Source: an uncultured bacterium
Lineage (GTDB): Bacteria > Edwardsbacteria > AC1 > EtOH8
Assembly (NCBI GenBank): GCA_964518765.1
Contig: CAZFJC010000004.1
Span: 60,518 to 124,517, forward strand
DNA: 64,000 nucleotides
Direction: 5' to 3'
The notes under the pieces are model-generated. The model worked only from the letters and a program-made list of their open reading frames with translations, was not told the DNA's origin and did not search any database. Position 1 is the stretch's first letter; each line of letters begins with the position of its first letter. The position numbers and the translations under genes are program-made. Of this stretch, positions 8,639-17,914 are shown one piece after another.

Positions 8639-9534
8639 CCGCCGCCGCCCTCCGCGACAGGCTTGACCCCGGGTTCCTCTCCCATATCCGCCGGCTCGAC
8701 CTAAAGGCCAAGCTGGTAGTAGAGGGATTCCTGGCCGGCCTTCACCGCAGCCCCCTACACGGCTTCTCGGTGGAGTTCGCCGAGTACCGCTCCTACCAAC
8801 CAGGGGACGACGTCCGCCGCATAGACTGGAAGCTGCTGGGCCGGACCGACCGCCATTTCGTCAAGGAATACGAGGAGGAGACCAACCTCAGGGCCAACAT
8901 TTTACTTGACACCTCGGCATCCATGGGATATCATAGCCGAGGGACGCTGGACAAGCTGGAATACGGGCGTTGTCTGGCTGCCGCCCTTTCCTATCTGCTG
9001 CTGCATCAGCATGATTCGGTAGGCCTGGCCCTTTTCGGGGCCGGCATCGGCACCGTCATACCCCCCAGCTCCCGGCTCTCGCATTGGGGACACCTGTTGG
9101 AGGCCATGGGGCAGGCGGCGCCCGCCGGGCGCACCGACTTCGGCCGTATCCTTTCCGAGTTCTCCCGGCACCTCAGGCGACGCGGGCTGGTGATAGTCAT
9201 CTCCGATCTTTGGGACGACCCCGGCCGGGTGCTGGCCTCGCTTAAACACCTGAGGCACCTCAAGCATGAGCTGCTGGTCTTCCATCTGCTCGACCCGGAT
9301 GAACAGCGTTTGCCGGCCGCCGGGCGGGAGGTGCTGGTGGACATGGAGACCGGCCAGGAGCTGGAGACCGATGGCCTGACGGCCGGGCAATACCTCCAGG
9401 CGGCCCGGCGCTGGAGCGGTTGGTTGGGGCGCGAATGCCGCCTTAACTACATCGATTACCAGCAGGTAGTCACCGACGAACCCTTCGACCGGGTGTTGCT
9501 CCGCTATCTTTACAAGCGCGAGCGCCTGGGCTGA
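8635..9534 (+). CDS. DUF58 family protein with vWA-like motif
   Basis: GLHRS..HGFSVEFAEYRSYQPGDDVRRIDWK, VKEYEEE, LLDTSASM. Confidence 0.9.
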   Translation: MTAAALRDRLDPGFLSHIRRLDLKAKLVVEGFLAGLHRSPLHGFSVEFAEYRSYQPGDDVRRIDWKLLGRTDRHFVKEYEEETNLRANILLDTSASMGYHSRGTLDKLEYGRCLAAALSYLLLHQHDSVGLALFGAGIGTVIPPSSRLSHWGHLLEAMGQAAPAGRTDFGRILSEFSRHLRRRGLVIVISDLWDDPGRVLASLKHLRHLKHELLVFHLLDPDEQRLPAAGREVLVDMETGQELETDGLTAGQYLQAARRWSGWLGRECRLNYIDYQQVVTDEPFDRVLLRYLYKRERLG

Positions 9535-9572
9535 GGCTTGGTCCCTGGTTAAAGCGCAGGGAGGGTAAAGCC

Positions 9573-9974
9573 ATGAAAGAGTCGAAACTGGTGGTCAGAT
9601 ACCTGGACGGCAGGGTCCTCAAGGGCCATACCCTTGACTTCTCCTCCACCAAGGACAGCTTCCACCTCATCCCGCTCGAGGATCCGTCTTCCCCGGTCGA
9701 GGTAAGGCTGGCTCAGATCAAGGCCGTCTTCTTCGTCAAGGACTTCATGGGCCAGCGGGAGTACGACGAGCGTGGCGATTTCAACGGCAGCCATCCGGTG
9801 ATGGGCCGCAAGATCCAGGTGACCTTCAACGACGGCGAGGTTCTAGCCGGCACCTCCGAGGTCTATATGCCCAACCGCAAGGGCTTCATCCTCTTCCCGG
9901 CCGACCGCCGCTCCAACTCGGAGAAGGTGTTCGTGGTCAACTCCTCGGTGCGCGAGGTCAAGTTCATCGTCTGA
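9573..9974 (+). CDS. Conserved hypothetical protein with two tandem ~60-aa modules (DUF6982-like, from memory)
   Basis: SD GGAGG; halves VVRYLDGRVLKG and IQVTFNDGEVLAG are homologous by eye. Confidence 0.8.
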   Translation: MKESKLVVRYLDGRVLKGHTLDFSSTKDSFHLIPLEDPSSPVEVRLAQIKAVFFVKDFMGQREYDERGDFNGSHPVMGRKIQVTFNDGEVLAGTSEVYMPNRKGFILFPADRRSNSEKVFVVNSSVREVKFIV

Positions 9975-9996
9975 GCCAGTTACCATTCCCAAGGCA

Positions 9997-12633
9997 ATGG
10001 CCACCGCCATGAGCAGACAGGAGCCGCCGACGCCCAAGGCTCTTTGGCTGGATTTCATCTCCAGCGGGCTGGGCGGGGACCGTCCCCGCTCTTTCCTGCG
10101 GCGGGTGAAGTTCACCAACGCCCTCTCCCTGTTCGGCATCACCACCCTGATCGCCTTTGGCACCATCAGGCTATTGACCGGCAACCAGGGCGTCGGGCTG
10201 GTGGACATGATGCTGGCCCTGTTGCTGGCCTCCAACCTGGTGTTCCTCAGGTTCAGCGGCAACCTTTTGGTAGTCACCTCGGTGGGCCTGGTGGGCCTGC
10301 TGGGGCTGATACTCTTCCTGTTCATCACCGGCGGCGCCGGCGGCACCGGCATCCTCTGGACGTACTTCTTTCCGGTCTCGGCCTTTTTCCTGACCGGCGT
10401 CCGCGGCGGCTTGGCCTGGATGGCCATACTCTACGGATCGGTGCTAGCGCTCTATGGCCTAGCGGCCCTGGGCTTCGTCAACCTCTACTATTCGCTGTCC
10501 ACCGGCCTGCAGATGTTGGCCAGCCTGCTGCTGGAATCAATGATGGTCTTCTACTACGCCCGGGTGATGGAAAGGGAGGAGGACCTGATCGAAGACCACA
10601 ACCGCCGGCTGACCGAGGCCAACCAAATCCTGGGCAACGAGATCGCCCAGCGCAAGCGGGTAGAGGAGGAGCTGCTTCGCATCAGCCATGCCGTCCGCAG
10701 CACCAGCGATGCCATCATCATCACCGACATCGAGGGCCGTCACCTCTACCATAATCGGGCCTTCCTCCAGCTGTTCAAGTACACCATAACCGAAGTCAAC
10801 CAAGCCGGCGGCTCGTCTATCCTCTACCGCGACCCAGATCTGGCCGGAAGCGTTTTCCGGACCATCCGCGACGGCGGCTCCTGGAGCGGCGAGGTGGCCA
10901 TGCTTACCAAGGACCACCGTCTGGTGGTCGCCCTGCAACGTTCCGACGCCATCCGCGACCACGACGGGGCCATCGCCGGCCTCATCAGCCTGTTCACCGA
11001 CGTCACCGCCAAGCGCGACTCCGACCGGCTGCAATCAGCCCTGTACCAGATCTCCGAGCAAAGCAGCGCCGCCCAGGACCTGAGCGAGCTCTACCAGTCG
11101 ATCCACCAGATAGTCGGCGGCCTGATGTACGCCAAGAATATGTTCATCGCTTACTTCGACCCCCAGAGCCGGACTGTCTCCTTCCCCTATTACGTCGACG
11201 AGTTCGACTCCCCACCGGCCTCCCGGCCGCTGGGCGAGGGGTTGACCGATTATGTCATCCGCACCGGCAAGCCCCTGCTGGCCAGCCAGGACAACATCGA
11301 GCTCCTAGCCCAGGCCGGAGACCTCAGCCTCATCGGAACCCAGTGTCTGGACTGGCTGGGGGTGCCCTTGAAGAAGGGCGAGGAAACCATCGGCGTTTTG
11401 GCGGTGCAGAACTATACCGAGGCTATGCGCTATTCGGAGAAGGATAAGGAAATACTGACCTTCGTCTCCCAGCACGTGGCCAGCGCCCTGGAGAGGCGCC
11501 GCGCCCAAGATAAGATCCGCTCCGACGAGGAGCGTTTCCGGCGGGTGATCTCCTCCATAAGCGACCATATCTACATGACCGACTTCGATGCCCAGGGCCG
11601 GCCTGTCAACAACTATCTTTCGCCCAACATCGAGCAGCTCACCGGCTACCCCCACCAGAGGTTCCTGGACGACTGGAGCTTCTGGCCCGAGCACGTCATC
11701 CATCCCGATGACCGCCAGGCGGCCTCCTTCCAGGTCTCGGTCTTCCTCTCCGGCCAGGACAGCCAGGTGGAGTACCGTCTGGTCCGGGCCGACGGCCAGG
11801 TCATCTGGGTGCGCGACAGCGGACGGGTGACGCGCCATCCGGAGACCGGGGCCGTCACCGTCTACGGCGTGGTCAGCGACATCACCCAGAGCAAGTACTA
11901 CGAGGAGGTACGGGAGGGCTTGCTGCAGGACCTGAAGCGGGTGAACAACGAGCTGTCCGACTTCGCCTACATCGTCTCCCACGACCTCAAGGCGCCCCTT
12001 CGGGCCATCTCCTCGCTGGCCGGTTGGCTGGCCGAGGACTATGCCGACAAGCTGGATGAGTCGGGCCGCAGCCAGCTCCAGCTGTTGCTGAAGCGCACCA
12101 AGAGGATGCACAACCTAATCGATGGCATCCTCACCTACTCCCGCCTGGGGCGCCTCAAACCGACCCTGGTCCGTTTGGACAGCGGCGAGGCCGTCCGCCA
12201 GGTGGTCGAGTCCCTGTCGCCGCCGGAGGGCATCGAAGTCCGCCTTGAGGGAAACTTCCCCGAGATCGTCTACGACCGCACCCACATCGAGCAGCTGTTC
12301 CAGAACCTGATCTCCAATGCCGTCAAGTATATGGGCAAACCCCGGGGGGTGGTGACGGTGGCCTGCGTCGACCGGAGCGACCACTGGGAGTTCTCGGTCA
12401 ACGACACCGGCGAGGGCATACCCCAGGAGCACTTCGAGCGCATCTTCAAGATATTCCAGACGCTGAAGCCCCGCGACGAGGTGGAGTCCACCGGCATCGG
12501 TCTGACCATCGTTAAGAAGGTGGTGGAACAATACGGCGGCCGCATCTGGGTGGAATCTAGACCGGGCCAGGGCAGCACCTTCTACTTCACCGTCCCCAAA
12601 TCGCTTCAACCGGACGTCCTAGATGGGCCGTGA
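9997..12633 (+). CDS. Membrane sensor histidine kinase (TM bundle-PAS-GAF-PAS-HisKA-HATPase)
   Basis: FAYIVSHDLKAPL H-box, QNLISNAVKY, DTGEGI, TGIGL; PAS motifs; alternative start 10009. Confidence 0.93.
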   Translation: MATAMSRQEPPTPKALWLDFISSGLGGDRPRSFLRRVKFTNALSLFGITTLIAFGTIRLLTGNQGVGLVDMMLALLLASNLVFLRFSGNLLVVTSVGLVGLLGLILFLFITGGAGGTGILWTYFFPVSAFFLTGVRGGLAWMAILYGSVLALYGLAALGFVNLYYSLSTGLQMLASLLLESMMVFYYARVMEREEDLIEDHNRRLTEANQILGNEIAQRKRVEEELLRISHAVRSTSDAIIITDIEGRHLYHNRAFLQLFKYTITEVNQAGGSSILYRDPDLAGSVFRTIRDGGSWSGEVAMLTKDHRLVVALQRSDAIRDHDGAIAGLISLFTDVTAKRDSDRLQSALYQISEQSSAAQDLSELYQSIHQIVGGLMYAKNMFIAYFDPQSRTVSFPYYVDEFDSPPASRPLGEGLTDYVIRTGKPLLASQDNIELLAQAGDLSLIGTQCLDWLGVPLKKGEETIGVLAVQNYTEAMRYSEKDKEILTFVSQHVASALERRRAQDKIRSDEERFRRVISSISDHIYMTDFDAQGRPVNNYLSPNIEQLTGYPHQRFLDDWSFWPEHVIHPDDRQAASFQVSVFLSGQDSQVEYRLVRADGQVIWVRDSGRVTRHPETGAVTVYGVVSDITQSKYYEEVREGLLQDLKRVNNELSDFAYIVSHDLKAPLRAISSLAGWLAEDYADKLDESGRSQLQLLLKRTKRMHNLIDGILTYSRLGRLKPTLVRLDSGEAVRQVVESLSPPEGIEVRLEGNFPEIVYDRTHIEQLFQNLISNAVKYMGKPRGVVTVACVDRSDHWEFSVNDTGEGIPQEHFERIFKIFQTLKPRDEVESTGIGLTIVKKVVEQYGGRIWVESRPGQGSTFYFTVPKSLQPDVLDGP

Positions 12634-12688
12634 GATAGCTAAGCCTTTGAGGGCATAGAGTGTTTCGTCATATTACAAGGAGACGCCC

Positions 12689-13120
12689 ATGAGGAATAAT
12701 GTACCGATACTTCTGGTCGACGACGACCAGGTCGACATCATGACCGTCCAGCGGGCCTTCAAGCGAAACAACATTCTGGACCCACTTTTCGTGGTGGGCA
12801 ACGGCCGGGAGGCCCTCGATTTCCTCAACCATCAGGGCCCCTATGCCGATCCCGAAAAATACCCCCGCCCCGGCATCATCCTTTTGGACCTCAACATGCC
12901 GGTGATGAACGGTATCGAGTTCCTTAAGGTGGTCAAGGTCGACGAATCGCTGAAGAAGATCCCGGTCATCGTCCTCACCACCTCCAAGGAGGAGAACGAC
13001 CGGGTGGAGAGCTTCAACCTCAGCGTAGCCGGCTACATCATTAAGCCGGTGGAGTTCGAAAAGTTCGTCGAGGCTATCCGGGTTCTTAATCTATACTGGA
13101 CGTTGAGCGAGCTTCCTTGA
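12689..13120 (+). CDS. Single-domain response regulator (Rcp1-like)
   Basis: LLVDDD, LLDLNMPVMNG, VLTTS, YIIKP. Confidence 0.93.
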   Translation: MRNNVPILLVDDDQVDIMTVQRAFKRNNILDPLFVVGNGREALDFLNHQGPYADPEKYPRPGIILLDLNMPVMNGIEFLKVVKVDESLKKIPVIVLTTSKEENDRVESFNLSVAGYIIKPVEFEKFVEAIRVLNLYWTLSELP

Positions 13121-13160
13121 AGACACGGCCCTCGCCCCAACCGTTAACTTCCGACGCCCC

Positions 13161-14552
13161 ATGCCAGAAGAGGAGATAAAAGTACTGCTGGTCGACGACG
13201 ACGAAATCGACCGCCTAGCCATCCAGCGTTTCGTCCAGCGCGAGGGCCTTCCCTACCGTCTGGACATCGTCACCTCCAAGACGGCCGCGATCGAGAGGCT
13301 GCGAAACAACGTCTACGACATCGCTATCCTCGACTACCTGCTGCCGGACGGAACTGGCATGGAGGTGCTGGCCCAGGTGGGCGAGACCCCGGCCATCTTC
13401 GTCACCGGCTCCGGCGATGAGAGGACCGCGGTCAAGGCCCTGCGTCACGGAGCCTACGACTATCTGATAAAGGATCCGGAGCGCAATTACCTGATCGTCC
13501 TGCCGGCCACCATCAGCACCGTGCTGGAGCGCAAGCACGCCGAACGGGCCCTGATCGAAAGCGAGCTCAAGCACCGGGTCCTGCTCAACAGCATCCAGAC
13601 CCCGACCCTGGCCCTCAAGGAGGACATGGCTATCGTCTACTGCAATGACGCTTACGCTGCCTTGGTGGGCAAAGCGTCTGAAGATCTGGAGGGCCGTAAC
13701 CTACTGGAGCTATTCCCCAAGCTCCGCTCCTCCCACACCTACCAGGCCTACCTCAAGACGCTGGAGACCGGACATACCCAGGAGGTCGAGGGGGCGTTGG
13801 GCGAGCGCTTCTACCACTCCCGCATCTTCCGCACCCCCTGGGGCATCCTGGCCATCGCCGAGGACGTCACCGAGCGCCGGCTGGCCCAGGAGGCCCTCAT
13901 CCGCTACAACGAGGAGCTGGAGCAGCGGGTGGCCGAGCGCACCGCCGACCTGGAGAAGGCCATGTTGGACCTGGAGCGCAGCTATGCCGACACCATCAAG
14001 GCTATCACCGCGGCCATGGACGCCAAGGATTCTTATACCCGCGGTCATTCTGAAGAGGTGAAACGGATCGCCCTGGCTATCGGCCACAAGTTTGGACTGG
14101 ACGACAGGGGTCTGCGCCGCCTGGAGTACGCCGCCCTGCTGCACGACATAGGGAAGATAGGCATCTCGGACCAGCTGCTGACCAAGGGAGCCGGCCTTAC
14201 CGATCTGGAGTACGCCGCCATCAAATTGCACCCCGAGATCGGCGGCCGTCTGGTCTCCCAGGTTGATATGCTTAGAGAGGTCGGCGCCATCATCCAGGCC
14301 CATCACGAGTTCTATGACGGCACCGGCTACCCCCTGGGGCTCAAGGGCGAGCAGATCCCGTTGGAGGCACGCATCATCAGCGTGGCCGACGCCTACGAGG
14401 CCATGACCTCGGACCGGCCCTACCGCAAGGCCTTCGAGCACGGGGAGGCCGCCCGCCGCCTGCTGGAGGCCGAGGGCACCCAGTTCGACCCTAAGGTCAT
14501 CAAGGCCTTCTTGGAAACTTTCGGAGACGCCAACAATAAAGATAAATGCTAA
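13161..14552 (+). CDS. REC-PAS-HD-GYP cyclic dinucleotide phosphodiesterase
   Basis: N-terminal receiver, PAS, then YTRGHS, LLHDIGK, HHEFYDGTGYP, VADAYEAMTSDRPY. Confidence 0.92.
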   Translation: MPEEEIKVLLVDDDEIDRLAIQRFVQREGLPYRLDIVTSKTAAIERLRNNVYDIAILDYLLPDGTGMEVLAQVGETPAIFVTGSGDERTAVKALRHGAYDYLIKDPERNYLIVLPATISTVLERKHAERALIESELKHRVLLNSIQTPTLALKEDMAIVYCNDAYAALVGKASEDLEGRNLLELFPKLRSSHTYQAYLKTLETGHTQEVEGALGERFYHSRIFRTPWGILAIAEDVTERRLAQEALIRYNEELEQRVAERTADLEKAMLDLERSYADTIKAITAAMDAKDSYTRGHSEEVKRIALAIGHKFGLDDRGLRRLEYAALLHDIGKIGISDQLLTKGAGLTDLEYAAIKLHPEIGGRLVSQVDMLREVGAIIQAHHEFYDGTGYPLGLKGEQIPLEARIISVADAYEAMTSDRPYRKAFEHGEAARRLLEAEGTQFDPKVIKAFLETFGDANNKDKC

Positions 14553-14566
14553 CTGGAGGTCGACCT

Positions 14567-15307
14567 ATGTCCAGACGGTTCCTAACCCTTCCCCTGTGCC
14601 TCGTCCTTGTTTCCACCCTCCTGCCGGCCGTACCCGGGCTTGATCTCAGCGTCGGCCCCTATCTGGGCGTCTTCAAGCCTTCCCTGGAGACTTTCAACGA
14701 CCAGGTCCTCCTCTACGTGCCTCGACCCGCGCTGGGATCGGCTATGGAATACGGCCTCCAGGCCAAGGCCGGCCTGCCGCTGATCGGAGTGGGAGTCGGA
14801 CTTAACCTGGGCCGGTGGGCCAACGGCGATGAGTGGTCTGAATCAGCTTTGGGTGGAACGGCCACCGACGCCATGGAGTACAAGATCTCTTTGATACCCC
14901 TCGAGGCCTTTGCCGATTATTCCTTGCCCATAGTTCCCATGGTCCTCAAGGGCCGCGCCGGCGGCGCCATCGGGATGATCTGGGCCTCGTTCAAGGAGGA
15001 CTGGCGGCGCACCGACAACGCCAGCGGAGCCGAACTGGACCATTACAACGCCACCGCCAGGGGCAGCACCCCCTACCTTGGCCTGAACGCCGGCCTGGAC
15101 CTGGTTTCTATCCCTAAGTTCACCATAGGCTGCGACCTCGGCTACCGCATGGGCAAGATCGAACAACTTAAGGTGAAGGAGTCAAACGATCCGGTCGAGA
15201 TAGGCACCATTCTGGAGTATAATAACCACACCACCGGTCAGGAAATCCCCCTGCCCCTGGAGCTGAACGGCCTGTATGGCCGGTTGGTGGCCAGATACCA
15301 TTTTTAA
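14567..15307 (+). CDS. Outer-membrane beta-barrel protein
   Basis: SD GGAGG, signal peptide, alternating beta strands, C-terminal ARYHF. Confidence 0.75.
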   Translation: MSRRFLTLPLCLVLVSTLLPAVPGLDLSVGPYLGVFKPSLETFNDQVLLYVPRPALGSAMEYGLQAKAGLPLIGVGVGLNLGRWANGDEWSESALGGTATDAMEYKISLIPLEAFADYSLPIVPMVLKGRAGGAIGMIWASFKEDWRRTDNASGAELDHYNATARGSTPYLGLNAGLDLVSIPKFTIGCDLGYRMGKIEQLKVKESNDPVEIGTILEYNNHTTGQEIPLPLELNGLYGRLVARYHF

Positions 15308-15323
15308 TCATCTGGGTGGCGAT

Positions 15324-15467
15324 ATGGTAAAACGGACCACTCATCGTAGCAGCACCGGCACCAAACTTTACGCCGTCCGAGACAGTAAAGGCCGGTTCAA
15401 GGATATCCAAACCTATAAAAGGGCGCACAGCCAGGACATCAAACGTAAAAGCAAGAAGGAGAAATAA
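15324..15467 (+). CDS. Small basic hypothetical protein (47 aa)
   Basis: MVKRTTHRSSTGTKLYAVRDSKGRFKDIQTYKRAHSQDIKRKSKKEK, followed by a terminator; resembles a conserved small-protein family recalled from memory. Confidence 0.7.
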   Translation: MVKRTTHRSSTGTKLYAVRDSKGRFKDIQTYKRAHSQDIKRKSKKEK

Positions 15468-15480
15468 ATCGGCAAATAGA

Positions 15481-15510
15481 GAAAGCCCGAAGCACCTGCT
15501 TCGGGCTTTC
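15481..15510. terminator. Hairpin between convergent genes
   Basis: GAAAGCCCGAAGC-ACCT-GCTTCGGGCTTTC. Confidence 0.75.
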
Positions 15511-15523
15511 ACATCTCTCAATA

Positions 15524-16300
15524 TTACAAACTTTTTATCACTTTGAGCATTCTGCTATGCAGCCTTCCGTTGCTGGCCAGACACTCGGGCTTGTAAATTG
15601 AGAACTTACCGCCGGCGAAATCCGTCACCCGCCCCCCGGCCTCCTCCACCATCAGGCTGGCGGCCGCCATATCCCAGGGCTTGAGCTTCATCTCCCAGAA
15701 TCCGTCGAACCGGCCGCAGGCCACGTAGGCCAGGTCCATGGCCGCCGAGCCCGGCCGCCGCACCGCCTGGGCCCGTTTTATGAATCGCCGGAAGTAATCG
15801 AGGTTATCCCGGCGGCTGGTGTGGACATCGTAGGGGAACCCGGTTGCCAGCAGGCATCTCTCCAGCTTATCCTGTCTAGAGACATGGATCCTTCTCCCGT
15901 TGAGGAAAGCCCCGCCTCCCCTCCGGGCAATAAAGAACTCGCCTAACACAGGGCTGTAGACAACCCCGGCCTCGATCCTCCCCCGTTCCTCGAAGGCGAT
16001 GGAGACGCACCAGAAGGGGAACCCGTGGGAGAAGTTGGTGGTCCCGTCCAGGGGGTCGATTATCCAGCGTCTGTCAGACCGCCGCCTCTGATCCGAGGTT
16101 TCCTCGGTCAGGATATCGTCTACAGGAAAATATTTACGAATGGCTTTGATGATCCGTTTTTCAGCGCCGGTGTCTGCCTCGGTCACTGGATCGATGGGTC
16201 CTTTGAAACCCATCCGAAAGCTTTTCCTCGACATTTCAAGCAGGTAGCGGCCCACCGATTCGGCCGTACGCTCCAGTACCTGAAATTCCCTCTTATGCAT
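15524..16300 (-). CDS. suhB: Inositol monophosphatase family protein
   Basis: DPVTEAD, WIIDPLDGTTNF, RRPGSAAMDLAYVACG, WDMAAA. Confidence 0.93.
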   Translation of the reverse strand: MHKREFQVLERTAESVGRYLLEMSRKSFRMGFKGPIDPVTEADTGAEKRIIKAIRKYFPVDDILTEETSDQRRRSDRRWIIDPLDGTTNFSHGFPFWCVSIAFEERGRIEAGVVYSPVLGEFFIARRGGGAFLNGRRIHVSRQDKLERCLLATGFPYDVHTSRRDNLDYFRRFIKRAQAVRRPGSAAMDLAYVACGRFDGFWEMKLKPWDMAAASLMVEEAGGRVTDFAGGKFSIYKPECLASNGRLHSRMLKVIKSL

Positions 16301-16307
16301 AGCCACT

Positions 16308-16336
16308 AGTATAATCCATCAGCGCATAGGATTCAA
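16308..16336 (-). promoter_or_regulatory. sigma70 promoter, probably leaderless suhB
   Basis: TTGAAT-N17-TATACT, then 7 nt to ATG, no SD. Confidence 0.65.
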
Positions 16337-16346
16337 GCCTCGGCTA

Positions 16347-16375
16347 TTGACTTCGGGCCGCCCATGCTCTATCCT
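16347..16375 (+). promoter_or_regulatory. Divergent sigma70 promoter for the TSUP gene
   Basis: TTGACT-N17-TATCCT. Confidence 0.55.
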
Positions 16376-16417
16376 TACTTGAAATGACTTGTCCATAAAA
16401 CGAAAGGTTCTGCTGCC

Positions 16418-17188
16418 GTGATTTCCTGGCATACCTACGCCATCATCCTTCCGGCCGTCTTCTTCGCCGGGGTGGTCGATTCCATGGCCGGGGGCGGCGG
16501 CCTGATCTCCCTGCCCGCCTACCTGGCCGCCGGCCTGCCGCCACACTTTGTGCTGGGCAACAACAAGTTCTCCTCCTGCTTCGGCACCTTGTTCGCTACC
16601 GCGCGTTTCCATCAGGAGAGGATGATCGACCTGCCGGTGGCCTTGACCTCGGCCGTCGGCGCCCTGGTCGGCTCCTTTCTGGGGGCCAGGGCAGTGATGC
16701 TGGTCGATCCCGGCTTTCTCCGCTACGTGCTGATTGTCTTGGTTCCGGCCATCACCGTCTTCAGTTTTCTCAAGGGGGATATGGGTAGCCGCAACCTCTC
16801 CGGCTCGGTGCCGACCGCCCGAAAGAACCTGCTGGCCGCCCCAGCGGCCCTGGCCATAGGTTTCTACGACGGCTTCTTCGGGCCGGGCACCGGCACCTTT
16901 CTCATCATGTTCTACGCCCTGGCGCTCAAGTACGACCTGGTGACGGCCAACGCCAACACCAAGGTGGTCAACCTGGCCTCGAACCTGGCCGCCTTGGCCG
17001 CCTTCGTGGCCGGGGACAAGATTTTCTACACCATCGGCCTGCCGGCCGCAGCCTGCGGCATCGCCGGCAACCTCCTGGGCTCTCGGCTGGTCATCAGGGA
17101 GGGAAACCGGGCCATCCGCCCGGTCTTTCTGGGAGTGCTGGTCCTGCTTTTCGCCAAGATAGCCTATGACCTTGCCATCGGACGTTAG
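16418..17188 (+). CDS. TSUP (TauE/SafE) family membrane transporter
   Basis: AGVVDSMAGGGGLISLP, GFYDGFFGPGTGTFL, NLASNL. Confidence 0.92.
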   Translation: MISWHTYAIILPAVFFAGVVDSMAGGGGLISLPAYLAAGLPPHFVLGNNKFSSCFGTLFATARFHQERMIDLPVALTSAVGALVGSFLGARAVMLVDPGFLRYVLIVLVPAITVFSFLKGDMGSRNLSGSVPTARKNLLAAPAALAIGFYDGFFGPGTGTFLIMFYALALKYDLVTANANTKVVNLASNLAALAAFVAGDKIFYTIGLPAAACGIAGNLLGSRLVIREGNRAIRPVFLGVLVLLFAKIAYDLAIGR

Positions 17189-17594
17189 ACCACTCAGGCT
17201 GGAGCCCGAGGATTTTTGGAGGCTGGTGGACCGGGCGGTGGCCGACCTGCCCGAGATGTTCCGCCAAAAGCTGGAGAACATCTCCATAGCCGTGGAGGAT
17301 TATCCGTCGGACGAGGTCTTGGGCTCGCTTCGCCCCCGACCGTCCCGTGACTCCCTTTTGGGGGTTTACATCGGAGTCCCCTACACCGCCCGGCCCGGGT
17401 TCCCCGTCTCCGGCATGATGCCCGACCGCATCGAATTGTACCAGCGCAACATCGAGGGCATCTGCCGCACCCGGGATGAGGTGGTGGAGCAGGTGCGACA
17501 GACCATCATCCACGAGATCGGCCACTACTTCGGGCTGGACGAGAAAACCCTGCGAAGGCTCGAGTCCGGCCGCCGCCGGAGCAAAGGTCCCTGA
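17166..17594 (+). CDS. Zincin_1-like small metallopeptidase family protein
   Basis: LLGVYIGVP, PDRIELYQRNI, IIHEIGHYFGLDE. Confidence 0.88.
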   Translation: MTLPSDVRPLRLEPEDFWRLVDRAVADLPEMFRQKLENISIAVEDYPSDEVLGSLRPRPSRDSLLGVYIGVPYTARPGFPVSGMMPDRIELYQRNIEGICRTRDEVVEQVRQTIIHEIGHYFGLDEKTLRRLESGRRRSKGP

Positions 17595-17650
17595 GCCCAG
17601 CGTCTCCGCCTTCCTTCCCGGCAAAAGATCTTCGATTTAGTTAATAATAT

Positions 17651-17679
17651 TGAAACCCCGGCGGCCCCGGCAGCGTATT
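17651..17679 (+). promoter_or_regulatory. ECF (SigW-like) promoter upstream of the small ORF
   Basis: TGAAAC-N17-CGTATT. Confidence 0.55.
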
Positions 17680-17732
17680 CTCCTTTGAGGACGGACAGCG
17701 AAGAAAAACACAAAAACATAAAGGAGAAAGCC

Positions 17733-17825
17733 GTGAAGAAGCTGTTGGAGAACCAAAGGGTTGATTGGGGAGGATTGATCCCCCTGGCGACCCTGGTCGG
17801 ACTCTTCCTGATCTCGATAATCTGA
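17733..17825 (+). CDS. Small single-pass membrane peptide (30 aa), not in the ORF track
   Basis: SD AAGGAG, GTG start, MKKLLENQRVDWGGLIPLATLVGLFLISII*, own terminator. Confidence 0.6.
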   Translation: MKKLLENQRVDWGGLIPLATLVGLFLISII

Positions 17826-17844
17826 AATCGCCTGTCTGGCCCTA

Positions 17845-17875
17845 GGGGCCGGGGAACATCCCCGGCTCCCTTTTT
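17845..17875 (+). terminator. Rho-independent terminator
   Basis: GGGGCCGGGGA-ACA-TCCCCGGCTCC-C-TTTTT. Confidence 0.75.
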
Positions 17876-17879
17876 GTAT

Positions 17880-17909
17880 TTGACAGGCTTTCAATCATGG
17901 TGCTATACT
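17880..17909 (+). promoter_or_regulatory. sigma70 extended -10 promoter, probably leaderless ECF sigma mRNA
   Basis: TTGACA-N18-TATACT with TG at -15/-14; 5 nt to ATG; no SD. Confidence 0.7.
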
Positions 17910-17914
17910 AGTTT

